From a virus, in IMG/VR virus record IMGVR_UViG_3300035670_000127, positions 1-64,000 of that record: a stretch of 64,000 nucleotides of DNA, one strand, 5' to 3'. Shown here piece by piece: positions 35,761 through 44,799 of this stretch. The translations under genes were made by a program, and so were the position numbers. The notes under the pieces are model-generated. The model was not told where the DNA came from, did no database searches, and saw only the letters and a program-made list of their open reading frames with translations. Each line of letters begins with the position of its first letter. The stretch's first letter is position 1.

Positions 35761-36609
35761 TTAAAATAATCCCGTTTGCTTCGCCTCATCTTTTTTGAGG
35801 GATGGAGGCAATTCCTTACACCCAAGCACCTCTTTATATTGGGTCGCGTTAATTGGGTGGGCACTCTCAAAAACTGAGCCTAGCTGTTTCAAAAAGAAGT
35901 AAGTCCCGGCTACATGGCAAGCCGCCATTAAATCCACTGCCCAATCTAACAGCATGGGTCGCGCCTTCGCTTTTTGAGTGCGTTCTCCACCACAAACTAC
36001 CCAGTCAACCTGACCTAATTGCGACCTATCAAACTCAATATGGGTTAGCATAGGTTCAATAGATAGCCACATGTTTGTGGCACTGGAATTAACCAGTGAA
36101 TCGATTTTATACACCTCCTCTTGACTGCAAATTGTCACCCCGACCCAAAGGTTAGGGATAGCTAAATCGTAGTGTTGCAACGATTCGTGCCTCTTAGTCA
36201 GAATAAGGAACTGCTGTTGCGGCCTCGTCCTGACAAAAGCTAATACCTTATTGACCACCTCGTCGGCCATAGACTGAGTTACTTTTTCTTTGCCGCCATC
36301 TAACTTTTCATCGAAGTGATAAAGATAAGTCGCCTCATTATAAAACTCCCTTAACCCTAGCAAATCGCACATGTCGCCAATAAAAACAACTTCTTTTTTA
36401 GGCGCGTACCTGTTAGGATTATCCAACTCCCAACCTTTGATAGACGGCTTAAATCCAAATTGGCTATAATGAAGGTTGGGCATGTTAGACAGCCTCCTTT
36501 TTACGATAGCCTCTGCATAGCAGTTGTCACACCCATTAGATACTTTGACCATTCCGCAACCCGTAACTGGATTCCAAGTATGGTCACAGTATTCAATTTT
36601 CGTTGGCAT
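35761..36609 (-). CDS. Phage Gp37/Gp68 (DUF5131) family protein
   Basis: TKIEYCDHTWNPVTGC..SNGCDNCYAE, FLILTKR, WVGVT, LSIEPML, DWVVCGGE and FFLKQLG motifs. Confidence 0.88.
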   Translation of the reverse strand: MPTKIEYCDHTWNPVTGCGMVKVSNGCDNCYAEAIVKRRLSNMPNLHYSQFGFKPSIKGWELDNPNRYAPKKEVVFIGDMCDLLGLREFYNEATYLYHFDEKLDGGKEKVTQSMADEVVNKVLAFVRTRPQQQFLILTKRHESLQHYDLAIPNLWVGVTICSQEEVYKIDSLVNSSATNMWLSIEPMLTHIEFDRSQLGQVDWVVCGGERTQKAKARPMLLDWAVDLMAACHVAGTYFFLKQLGSVFESAHPINATQYKEVLGCKELPPSLKKDEAKQTGLF

Positions 36610-37009
36610 TTTCGTTACCTCCAGTGCTTAATGTCGTTAGATGCCCTGAATCTAATATGATTAGACCGGCATCATGTAGCTTAGTATCTAATTGAATGAT
36701 TTCGTCATCTGTGAATGTCTTCTTTAAGAATGACCTTACTCTGTATATAGTCCTCTTTCTTGCATCCTCTTTTCTGATAACCTCCGCCTCTTCATCCGAA
36801 TAAGGTTCGGCTCTGCAACTATCGCAACTAAATTTTGAACTAGGCATTGTATCTGTGCCATCTATTCGTCTAAACCGATGGCCGCCCGCCTCAAAATAGT
36901 TTTTGGTGACATGATTCACTACATGAATCGATTTCTGTTGGCCGTGGTATGTACTCCACTTAACCGCAATTACCTTGTCACCCCGTGATAAATCTTGGAA
37001 TTTTGTCAT
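36593..37009 (-). CDS. Hypothetical phage protein (paralogue of 37019-37408)
   Basis: Shared KF..GDKVI..H.T..F..RFR..G..PY..FL..FT.DE..L pattern. Confidence 0.7.
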   Translation of the reverse strand: MTKFQDLSRGDKVIAVKWSTYHGQQKSIHVVNHVTKNYFEAGGHRFRRIDGTDTMPSSKFSCDSCRAEPYSDEEAEVIRKEDARKRTIYRVRSFLKKTFTDDEIIQLDTKLHDAGLIILDSGHLTTLSTGGNENANEN

Positions 37010-37018
37010 TTCACCTCC

Positions 37019-37408
37019 TCAATCTTGGTCGTTATCTTTACCCAATCCCCATGCGTTAGCTTCGGTAAGTATGTCATGCAATTTCAGCAACTCATCAGGT
37101 GTGAACCTCCTTATTAGGAATCCTTTTGTTTTCGATATAGCCCGCCGTTGCCGATTTTCAGATTCAACTTCGTCGGCGAGTTCCTTTGTATAAGGAGTTG
37201 CCGAATAACTCCATGAGTCAGAAGTTCCACCTCCTTTTTCGTCACCATTATCTTTTCTAAACCGTGTCTGTGTTCCATGATAATCCACATCAAAGAAATG
37301 TGGTGTAATATGAATAACATTAGATACTGTTCTAAGACTGATGTAATTGCCGTAAGCGGTAACTATCACCTTGTCACCAACTGACACGCTCTCAAATTTA
37401 CGTTCCAT
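37019..37408 (-). CDS. Hypothetical phage protein (paralogue of 36593-37009)
   Basis: Same shared pattern as 36593-37009. Confidence 0.7.
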   Translation of the reverse strand: MERKFESVSVGDKVIVTAYGNYISLRTVSNVIHITPHFFDVDYHGTQTRFRKDNGDEKGGGTSDSWSYSATPYTKELADEVESENRQRRAISKTKGFLIRRFTPDELLKLHDILTEANAWGLGKDNDQD

Positions 37409-37475
37409 TTTAGCCTCTTAATTAAGTTAGTATCATCCTCTAATCCACTCACTAGAATGGACTAGAGGCTAACAG

Positions 37476-37811
37476 CTACCGTCTATTCGGCGACCTCCTC
37501 GGTTCAGCGACATCATGGGTCTTGTCAAAGGATTGAAAGTATTTTAAAATTGTGCCCCAATTCAAGTCTTCTTGTCTTTTTACAATTTCGGTTGCGTACT
37601 CAATCGGCATCCAAACCACTTCACCACTGCGTACCATGTTCACATCCTCGATAAGGTTGAGGTGATGGGTATTGCAAAGTACATCGATTGATCTGTATTG
37701 GTAAAACTTCGCTGTCGCATTGAGTGATACACACCACTCCAAATCGCCACCAACCATCTGTTTTTCCACCGGCAACACCTTTTGCATTGCATCGATTTTC
37801 ACTTGATTCAT
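37476..37811 (-). CDS. Hypothetical protein, weakly AntA/AntB antirepressor-like
   Basis: VSLNATAKF..LIEDVN..WMPIEYATEI loosely resembles AntA. Confidence 0.45.
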   Translation of the reverse strand: MNQVKIDAMQKVLPVEKQMVGGDLEWCVSLNATAKFYQYRSIDVLCNTHHLNLIEDVNMVRSGEVVWMPIEYATEIVKRQEDLNWGTILKYFQSFDKTHDVAEPRRSPNRR

Positions 37812-37879
37812 AATAACTGCCCTTTTAGGTTAATTTGTTAAACACACTTAGCTTATTTCACAGTTTATGCCAAAACGAA

Positions 37880-37915
37880 AAAAGCTATTGGATTCAAATA
37901 CATCCAATAGCTTTT
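37880..37915. terminator. Terminator after ftsK
   Basis: AAAAGCTATTGGAT and ATCCAATAGCTTTT. Confidence 0.75.
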
Positions 37916-37951
37916 CATTGGTAGTGTCAAGGCATGTGTCCAATTTTTGGA

Positions 37952-39991
37952 CTACGCTTTACACTTGCTAATTTCTGATTTTATATGGCCAATATACCTG
38001 TCTATAAGCCCGTCATTATCAGTGTGGTTTCTACTAAAAACAGGGGTGTGCAATCTCGTTACTTTGTCACCCGTATCTCTCAGCAATGCGTCCCCCGTTT
38101 CAATTAGCTTATTCGCAGGGAAGTTCGCCCCTCCAAAGGTATAAGCATCCTTCGGGCTGTTAAGCAAGAATGATAGCTTGGTCGACTCCTCTATCAATCT
38201 ACTGCCACTCGCGCCAAATATCCCTTTCATTGCAAACGTGCCGACGGAGTAGAAAAAAATTCCGTACTTACGGCCAGTGGTGACAATACTAGCGATAATC
38301 GACCCCAGCCGCTCCCTAGTGCCTTTATCATTAAACAAGGCACCTACCTCCTCCAATACAATAAAGATAATAGGAAGCGTGTCTTTACCCTCTTTGGTCA
38401 ACTTCGCATTTACCGTGGTGATGTGCTGACATTGATATTTCTGTAGCAATGCCACTCGATTCTGAAGCTCGTTAGCCAACTTCTCAAGCATTTTCACCGA
38501 CTCAAGGTGAGAGGTTGCCGTCCCCTGAATAAAACTATCTTTTAGCGGCGCATACTTCATTGCCGTCGCCCCGTTTATATCACTGATATAATAGGCTAAC
38601 TTGAGTCGCTTGGTCTTAATTGACCACAGCATTTGGTAAATCAAAATAGAGTGCAATAAGCTACTTTTGCCACTCCCTTTACGTCCCACGATAAGAAGGT
38701 CTTGCAGTTTAAATCCGCACTTGATAACACGGTTAGCACCTACGTCTGTGCCTAGTAAAATTGGCAATTCAACACCTTTAGGAATTGATGCAATACTCCC
38801 TTTAATTAACTCCTTAAACAACACCGTTCCCCTGGCGTCGCTTGGTTTATTCACCACGTACACGTAATGGCTATCCTGCACCTCAAAAGTGACATCGTTT
38901 TGACCTACCCCCATTAACCTAGCTATCTCCCCTTCTGCTTTACGCCACGTCTCCTGCTGGCCGATAACAGCGGAGGTGGGAGACATGGTAAAACGAGTGG
39001 TAAAGATTCCATCGTGGCGGTTAAGGTCGGTGAAGCCTAACCCTAAAGTGATTAACCCGTCCCTTATCTTATCCTCTATTACATCTCCCTTGCTAGGGTT
39101 TGGTAATTGAGTGGTTAGTTTAGGTGACACGGCCTTAACCACTTGCAACTCCTTCTTAGGAGGTGCGGCCTTAGCCACTAGCCTGACTGGTTCTGTCACT
39201 TTAGGAGGTGCGGGCATAACAGGCGTGGTCACAATGTCTGTCAATACCGGCACCTCGTTTTGAAACGGTTTAGAAGTTATCCCAATCCTCTGGTGGCTGC
39301 TGCTGATTGGGTCGGCTGTTTCCTGAGTTAACGGCATGGGGTCTGTCGTTTCTATTGCCTGAGTTCGTTGGCCTCTCACTCGGTCTGCCCATGCGGGGAG
39401 CGTGAGAGGTGGGATTTTTTTTTTAACAGCGATTTGTATTCTATTCACTACCGGCTCCATACGGTGGCCATAGAGGTCGTAGCCCAAGACAAACATGCTT
39501 AGGCAACATACCGCAATAATCGCCAATCCCCCTAACATAACAAGCGACATAGTAACCCCAAACCACTCGACTGGGTATAACCACACCTGCCCCACGATAT
39601 TCAACATATTGCCACTTCTGTCAGTAGGGATAGGCCATTGATTCTCGATAATCTTAATCACCTCCCAACCCGATATGAAAAACTGGGTAACTATAAGGCT
39701 AACGCCTCCTTTTACCAGCACCCAAATTGTTTCGCCTTGAGTAATAATGGCCTGACATGACCCTAGCCAAAAGATGATAGACGACAGGATAATAAAAGTA
39801 TCCAAATAGTATCTGCCAAATACCATCTCCAACGTCAAATAGACAGGTACTGCCACCGTACCCACATCCCCAGGTGCGACATTGAGTGTGATAGCGTCTT
39901 GCAAATGCAACATCCCTTTGATATACCAGAAAGATATATACGAGACAATTGCACAACCCGCAAGAACTTTAATCGATCCATGTTTTTCCAT
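37952..39991 (-). CDS. FtsK/SpoIIIE-family DNA translocase with N-terminal TM segments and a Pro-rich linker
   Basis: LPILLG, LLIVGRKGSGKSSLLHSIL, IVLEE, GRKYGI and ANKLIETGDALL motifs. No C-terminal gamma domain is evident. Confidence 0.85.
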   Translation of the reverse strand: MEKHGSIKVLAGCAIVSYISFWYIKGMLHLQDAITLNVAPGDVGTVAVPVYLTLEMVFGRYYLDTFIILSSIIFWLGSCQAIITQGETIWVLVKGGVSLIVTQFFISGWEVIKIIENQWPIPTDRSGNMLNIVGQVWLYPVEWFGVTMSLVMLGGLAIIAVCCLSMFVLGYDLYGHRMEPVVNRIQIAVKKKIPPLTLPAWADRVRGQRTQAIETTDPMPLTQETADPISSSHQRIGITSKPFQNEVPVLTDIVTTPVMPAPPKVTEPVRLVAKAAPPKKELQVVKAVSPKLTTQLPNPSKGDVIEDKIRDGLITLGLGFTDLNRHDGIFTTRFTMSPTSAVIGQQETWRKAEGEIARLMGVGQNDVTFEVQDSHYVYVVNKPSDARGTVLFKELIKGSIASIPKGVELPILLGTDVGANRVIKCGFKLQDLLIVGRKGSGKSSLLHSILIYQMLWSIKTKRLKLAYYISDINGATAMKYAPLKDSFIQGTATSHLESVKMLEKLANELQNRVALLQKYQCQHITTVNAKLTKEGKDTLPIIFIVLEEVGALFNDKGTRERLGSIIASIVTTGRKYGIFFYSVGTFAMKGIFGASGSRLIEESTKLSFLLNSPKDAYTFGGANFPANKLIETGDALLRDTGDKVTRLHTPVFSRNHTDNDGLIDRYIGHIKSEISKCKA

Positions 39992-40003
39992 AACCTTAAC
40001 CTC

Positions 40004-40606
40004 CTAATAGTAGTGATGAATGACATTCCCCTTGTTACCCCCTCCTCTACGGCGGTTGCCGTGCGACTGGTTAGGGCTATACACAAAGTAGGTTAGGGCA
40101 CTGATTGCCATGGCGATAGCGACTGCCAAAATAAACATAATTGCAAGGAGGTGCTCTTCGGTTGACCAAGTGGGTCTCAGTGCGACAGACTCCTCAATCA
40201 TGCGGCTTAACGTGCCGCTACCTATGTATCCACCCGCATTGACCACCTCCTTTTCATTGAGGGTATAAGAGTAGGTAAAGTAGCTGGGCATCCAACTCGT
40301 TGGAATAGAAGTGGCTTGCAAGTACACATTCCAAGCTCCCGCTATCGTCGACGCGGCGACTGCTATCACCAGAAAGACAGCAATAACAAATGCTCTCCAT
40401 ACGGGTTTTGAGAATGACAACATAATAATGAACGCGAGGGTGGTAAGCATGGGGACGACATACCCCACTCCCCCAAAAAGCAAAGTGAGTACCCTAGTTA
40501 GAGGTTCAAATGCCCCTGCATACAGGGAGGTAGTGAGACCGAGGCTTCCTACTATAACAAGCCCGTTGGCTATGGAAAAAAAATTTTTTTGCGATTTATT
40601 ACTCAT
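40004..40606 (-). CDS. Four-TM membrane protein resembling the FtsK membrane domain
   Basis: Hydrophobic helices; LLFGGVGYVVP and AGGYIGS patterns. Confidence 0.6.
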   Translation of the reverse strand: MSNKSQKNFFSIANGLVIVGSLGLTTSLYAGAFEPLTRVLTLLFGGVGYVVPMLTTLAFIIMLSFSKPVWRAFVIAVFLVIAVAASTIAGAWNVYLQATSIPTSWMPSYFTYSYTLNEKEVVNAGGYIGSGTLSRMIEESVALRPTWSTEEHLLAIMFILAVAIAMAISALTYFVYSPNQSHGNRRRGGGNKGNVIHHYY

Positions 40607-40640
40607 AAAATCCTCTTTAAAATGAAACGGTTACGGGAGG

Positions 40641-40800
40641 TTGACACAAATTGCGTTAGTTTGTGTTCGGTTGACACAGGTTGACACAGTTTGACGCAAT
40701 CTGCTATTATTTTACACAAGTTGATACAGTTTAACACAATTTGTGTCAACCTGTGTTAATTTAGCACAAATTGACGCAATCTGTGTCAACTTGTGTAAAG
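40641..40800. repeat. parC-like centromere: ~16 phased 10-bp units of TTGACACA or its inverse
   Basis: Exact 10-bp periodicity (ttgacacaaa, ttgacacagg, ttgacacagt, ttgacgcaat, ttgatacagt, ttgtgtcaac, ctgtgtcaac and others), directly upstream of the actin-like ATPase. Confidence 0.8.
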
Positions 40801-40854
40801 TATCGTATAAAAATTTTTACCTGTCAAGGTATATTAAAAAGAGGGTTTATAAAC

Positions 40855-42009
40855 ATGCAGAATTTATCTGAAATATTACTACATGGAATCACCAACGGGT
40901 TAAGAAAACCGAATATTGTTTTCGGAGGCGTCGACGCTGGGAATGGTTATTCAAAGGGGCTGTTTTACGTTTTAGTAAACAACCGCTATCAGGTGGTTGA
41001 AGTATGTATCCCATCGATAGTCGCCGCGGGTCGAATCGAGACTAATCCGTTCCTTGCTAGTAATGAGGGGATTCAAGAGAAGCTATTGCAACTAACCAGC
41101 GGTGATGGCCTCCCTTTCACAGTGGCAATGGACATGTCCGTCGATGCAAACAAAATGAATGCGCTACCAACTGGAGGAGATGTGTATCAATCCTCTATCG
41201 CACGAGGCGCATTGGTTCACGCCGTTATTACGAAAGCATTGACTAGCATCGATGCTAATTTTGGAGGTCAGGAAATCACCTGCTATTTAGCGGGTACGAC
41301 CATGGCGAGTAACTATTGGGTGGATAATGGTTTGCAAAAAAATCAGCAACGAATCGCAGAGGTTGCCGCGGCTATTGGGTCTCCTTTCAGTACCTCTAAT
41401 CAGTACCCAATTATCAATATTGCCCGTACCGAGGTCTTTGGAGAGACTTTGGCCGCAATGTTATCTGTTACCATCGATGAGAATGGAAACAATAACGGGG
41501 AGTATGCAGATGGTAGTGAAATTGTCTTTGTTGACGTCGGACATACGGACACTGTGATTTTGGTTGCGGAGATTAAAAACGGTCTCCCAAACATTATCAA
41601 ACGTCAATCTATCCGAATGGGGATAGGTAGTGGTGTGTTAGAGGTCGTAGCGCATCGCGTCGGACATGTCACCGAAAAACCAGTATCCGCCGAACTAGGT
41701 TTATTATCTCGTCCTTCGGTAAAACATCGTGGCCGGACGATAGATTTGCTTCCCTTCCAAAAGGAGGCAATGAACGGGTTAAGTCAACAAGTGCTAGGCT
41801 ACATATCCAAAGCGATAGGTAGGGGTGATGATTTTGATGCGACTTACTTGGTCGGCGGTTTCCCACAAGTCGCCATCAAGTTATTCGGGCCGGGTTACTT
41901 TACCAATTACGGGCAGATACATAACTTGCAAGTGCCCGACCTGCCCATCTATGCCAACGCACGGGGCGCATTGCGGGGGCTCATTAAACGAATTATCAAC
42001 AAGAGGTAG
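40855..42009 (+). CDS. parM: ParM/StbA-family actin-like partition ATPase
   Basis: Phosphate-1 GVDAGNGYSK; phosphate-2 FVDVGHTDT; adenosine YLVGG; connect-2 YANARG. ATG 40855 has a GAGGG RBS. Confidence 0.85.
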   Translation: MQNLSEILLHGITNGLRKPNIVFGGVDAGNGYSKGLFYVLVNNRYQVVEVCIPSIVAAGRIETNPFLASNEGIQEKLLQLTSGDGLPFTVAMDMSVDANKMNALPTGGDVYQSSIARGALVHAVITKALTSIDANFGGQEITCYLAGTTMASNYWVDNGLQKNQQRIAEVAAAIGSPFSTSNQYPIINIARTEVFGETLAAMLSVTIDENGNNNGEYADGSEIVFVDVGHTDTVILVAEIKNGLPNIIKRQSIRMGIGSGVLEVVAHRVGHVTEKPVSAELGLLSRPSVKHRGRTIDLLPFQKEAMNGLSQQVLGYISKAIGRGDDFDATYLVGGFPQVAIKLFGPGYFTNYGQIHNLQVPDLPIYANARGALRGLIKRIINKR

Positions 42010-42015
42010 GAAACG

Positions 42016-42429
42016 ATGCCTAAACAACGAATGACTAAACAAAGAAGGAAGGCGAAAGGAGCGGCCAAAGTGAGACGACTTAATTTGAATTTACATCCTG
42101 AGACAAACCAGCGACATGCGCTGATAGCACACCTATTAGACAGAATGGGTATCCCCACTTCGCAGGCAACTTACGAGGTGCTGTTAGAGTGGGCACTAGA
42201 CACAGCGAGACTGATAGCTAAGGAGAAGTATAGGCTTGATGACATGACAATTAAACACATGTCGCCAGGCGATTTACTAAGGGTAATCACAGACGATTAC
42301 GTCCCTCCAATTGCCACCGTCAAGGTGGTCCGTGAGACGACAGTTATTCCGCAAATTCCAACTGAAAGAGGACAATACAATGAAATTCAGACTGACACTA
42401 GCGACGACTTTGACATTGACAGCATTTAA
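42016..42429 (+). CDS. Putative ParR-like centromere-binding adaptor
   Basis: Directly follows parM; basic N-terminus with RHH-like RRLNLNLHP; acidic C-terminal tail DDFDIDSI. Confidence 0.6.
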   Translation: MPKQRMTKQRRKAKGAAKVRRLNLNLHPETNQRHALIAHLLDRMGIPTSQATYEVLLEWALDTARLIAKEKYRLDDMTIKHMSPGDLLRVITDDYVPPIATVKVVRETTVIPQIPTERGQYNEIQTDTSDDFDIDSI

Positions 42430-43156
42430 TGTCTATGCACAAGCGTATGACATTTGCACGACGCCGAATGGAGGTACTACCTTTTGCAAAACAGCGGCAC
42501 CTTCTAACATAATACCGCAACCCATGGCTTCGGCCAGCTTTATGCCGCAGGTGGCACCAATAACACCGCCGCCGGTTCAAATGGCAACCCCACAAGCGGC
42601 CACGGCGCCGTGGTGGTGCAGTAATGGGAGGCCACAGAATCCAACTGAAGCGACTATTTGCCAAAACCCGTCGCTACATGCGTGGGATTCAGCTTACAAC
42701 CAAGTGTGGAAGACCTTGCCGTCAAGTAGTAGGCCAACGAAGGCGACCTTAGCAGACCGCGATAAACATGGCACGGATGTAGCGGCTATCCAATCATGGT
42801 ATATGTCTGCTATTCAACAAATGCAACAACAACCAGCGACTCCCACTGCTGAGCAACCAGTCGCATTGAGTAGTGGGGCGGCAACCTTCGATTGGTGCCG
42901 GAAAAGACTCAATGAATCTGAAAGAGTCTTATGTCAAGTCGGCACCGATGAATTGGCGAACTTGGATAGACAATTGCAAGCCGCATTTAATCAAAAAAAA
43001 GCGGCTTTAAAAGGGAAGCCGGGCGAACTGGTTAGTCAGCAACGGGAGTGGATAAAGCAAAGGAACTCGATTGTATCCGCAGGTGTTTCCAACCCACAGG
43101 CGGTTCAATTACAACTAAAACAGGCTTACAGCCAACGGCTCAGTGAATTACAATAA
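42380..43156 (+). CDS. Secreted protein with two LprI (DUF1311, lysozyme-inhibitor-like) domains
   Basis: Signal peptide MKFRLTL..VYA; WWC..TEATICQNPSLHAWD and FDWC..SERVLC..LANLD..QQREWIKQRN. Confidence 0.7.
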   Translation: MKFRLTLATTLTLTAFNVYAQAYDICTTPNGGTTFCKTAAPSNIIPQPMASASFMPQVAPITPPPVQMATPQAATAPWWCSNGRPQNPTEATICQNPSLHAWDSAYNQVWKTLPSSSRPTKATLADRDKHGTDVAAIQSWYMSAIQQMQQQPATPTAEQPVALSSGAATFDWCRKRLNESERVLCQVGTDELANLDRQLQAAFNQKKAALKGKPGELVSQQREWIKQRNSIVSAGVSNPQAVQLQLKQAYSQRLSELQ

Positions 43157-43178
43157 CTTTTAAAGAAAGGAGGGTGAT

Positions 43179-43835
43179 ATGAATCAAACAACGAACTTAC
43201 TAATGATTATCATAACCCTCCTTTCTTTATTAATGCTTGATAACGGTGCCGGTGTACTGCAAACTTCAGCGGCATCCAAAGAGGTAAAAGCCACTCTCTA
43301 TCTGACCCAAGTAAATGCCTCCCTTAGCTACCCACAATCTAACTATATCAGCGGACTGGGTTATATCGGTGGGGGAGATATGAAGTCGTTATTAGGTAGT
43401 TATGAGGGGTATCGTAATTGCAGGTATAGTGATACCAAAGGGATTCCAACGATAGGTATTGGGTGGAATTTGGAGGCGAACCGTGGGATTACGGGTCGAT
43501 TAATTGGTGTTAGTATGCCTAATTGCATAAACGACGGGGAGGTCAACACACTGTATGAATATAGCGTCAACCGCGCTACCGACGAGTTATACGATTACCT
43601 CCCATGGGCACGTAATTTACCGGTCGGTGTGAGAGAGGTACTGGTTAGAATGTCGTTCAATATGGGGATTGGCAACGATAGCCGCGGCCTCCTTAGTTTT
43701 AAGAATACCCTGGCCATGCTGAAAAGAGGTGACTATCGAGGGGCGGCGGAAGGGTTTAGAAATTCTCAATGGTGCCGTGATGTCAAATCGCGGCGGTGCA
43801 ATGAGGAAGCGGATAGAATAGCAAGAGGAGTTTAA
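43179..43835 (+). CDS. T4-type (GH24) lysozyme with an N-terminal signal/anchor
   Basis: EGYRNCRYSDTKGIPTIGIGWNL (E-8-D-5-T triad); MSFNMG..LLSFKNTL..SQWCRDVKSRR. Confidence 0.85.
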   Translation: MNQTTNLLMIIITLLSLLMLDNGAGVLQTSAASKEVKATLYLTQVNASLSYPQSNYISGLGYIGGGDMKSLLGSYEGYRNCRYSDTKGIPTIGIGWNLEANRGITGRLIGVSMPNCINDGEVNTLYEYSVNRATDELYDYLPWARNLPVGVREVLVRMSFNMGIGNDSRGLLSFKNTLAMLKRGDYRGAAEGFRNSQWCRDVKSRRCNEEADRIARGV

Positions 43836-43837
43836 TA

Positions 43838-44743
43838 ATGGAAACCACACAAACTACACAAACCACAGACGGTCAACATATTCATGTCCACATTCACCTC
43901 TCACCTAATGAGGTGGTATCAATACCAGGAAGCAAGGGCGAGGGTGTGACAGAAACTAAAAAAGAGACACCGAAGGCAACACATCTTAACTCTCTTTTGA
44001 CTGTTTTTATCATGGTGTTGCTAACCGCGGTTTTACATAAGTACGGGTTAGTTAATTTGGGTGATGTGGGGTTAAATCTCAATGAGTTAAAAGTCGCTTT
44101 GAACCCGTTCCCATCGTCCCCATTGCCTCCACCGTTAATGTCGTCACCTCCCACGAATAGCGGCGGGTTGCAGGCCGTGAATTACAGTCCCGCGGTATTA
44201 ACAACTCAGCAGTGCATAGCAAGCGGGGTGTCCCTCCAGTTAAGTGGGTACTCAGTTCCCGCTTCGGATAGCAACATAGCGGGACTACCTAAAGAAGTAT
44301 GCCACAATGGTTGCATCTATACCGTAGTGGAGAATGAGTCGGGGGTTGGAATTGAGGGAGGTAAAATGAGATTCGTAGGTCGGTTTATGCCGGTCCCACG
44401 GGCTTGCAACGAAGGCAACCTAATTGAAAATAACGGAATGCAAAAGGCGAGTTTGACTATCATTCCTTTATTGTATGGATACAAGTCATTGTGGGAATAT
44501 TTTACGGGCGGCGACCCTGCGAGTGAACCGAGTGGCAAAGCAATACCACACATTCAAATCCCCTTTGTTGAAAAAAAGATTGAGGAGGCACGGATTAAGG
44601 TGGGCGAGTGGGTTAAGGCACTGACTAAATGGATAGTTATCTTTATCGGGGGGGGTGTGATTCTGATTGGATTATTCACTAATAGATTAAGTAGGTTAAT
44701 CCTTATTATAACAGGTGTTACTGCGGTATGGTATGTCTATTAG
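43838..44743 (+). CDS. Membrane protein with a Cys-containing extracytoplasmic domain
   Basis: One N-terminal and two C-terminal hydrophobic helices. Confidence 0.65.
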   Translation: METTQTTQTTDGQHIHVHIHLSPNEVVSIPGSKGEGVTETKKETPKATHLNSLLTVFIMVLLTAVLHKYGLVNLGDVGLNLNELKVALNPFPSSPLPPPLMSSPPTNSGGLQAVNYSPAVLTTQQCIASGVSLQLSGYSVPASDSNIAGLPKEVCHNGCIYTVVENESGVGIEGGKMRFVGRFMPVPRACNEGNLIENNGMQKASLTIIPLLYGYKSLWEYFTGGDPASEPSGKAIPHIQIPFVEKKIEEARIKVGEWVKALTKWIVIFIGGGVILIGLFTNRLSRLILIITGVTAVWYVY

Positions 44744-44749
44744 GGAGAT

Positions 44750-44788
44750 AAAAAAAGCCCCGCTGTTTTTGAAACAGGGGGCTTTTTT
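44750..44788. terminator. Bidirectional terminator
   Basis: AAAAAAGCCCC..GGGGCTTTTTT between convergent genes. Confidence 0.8.
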
Positions 44789-44799
44789 ATTGGTGGTGA

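Noticed and set aside
40641-40800. CRISPR or coding repeat; ORF-track start of ParM at 40771
   Set aside because: The units are 10 bp with no spacers, and ATG 40855 has an RBS and precedes the actin motif.
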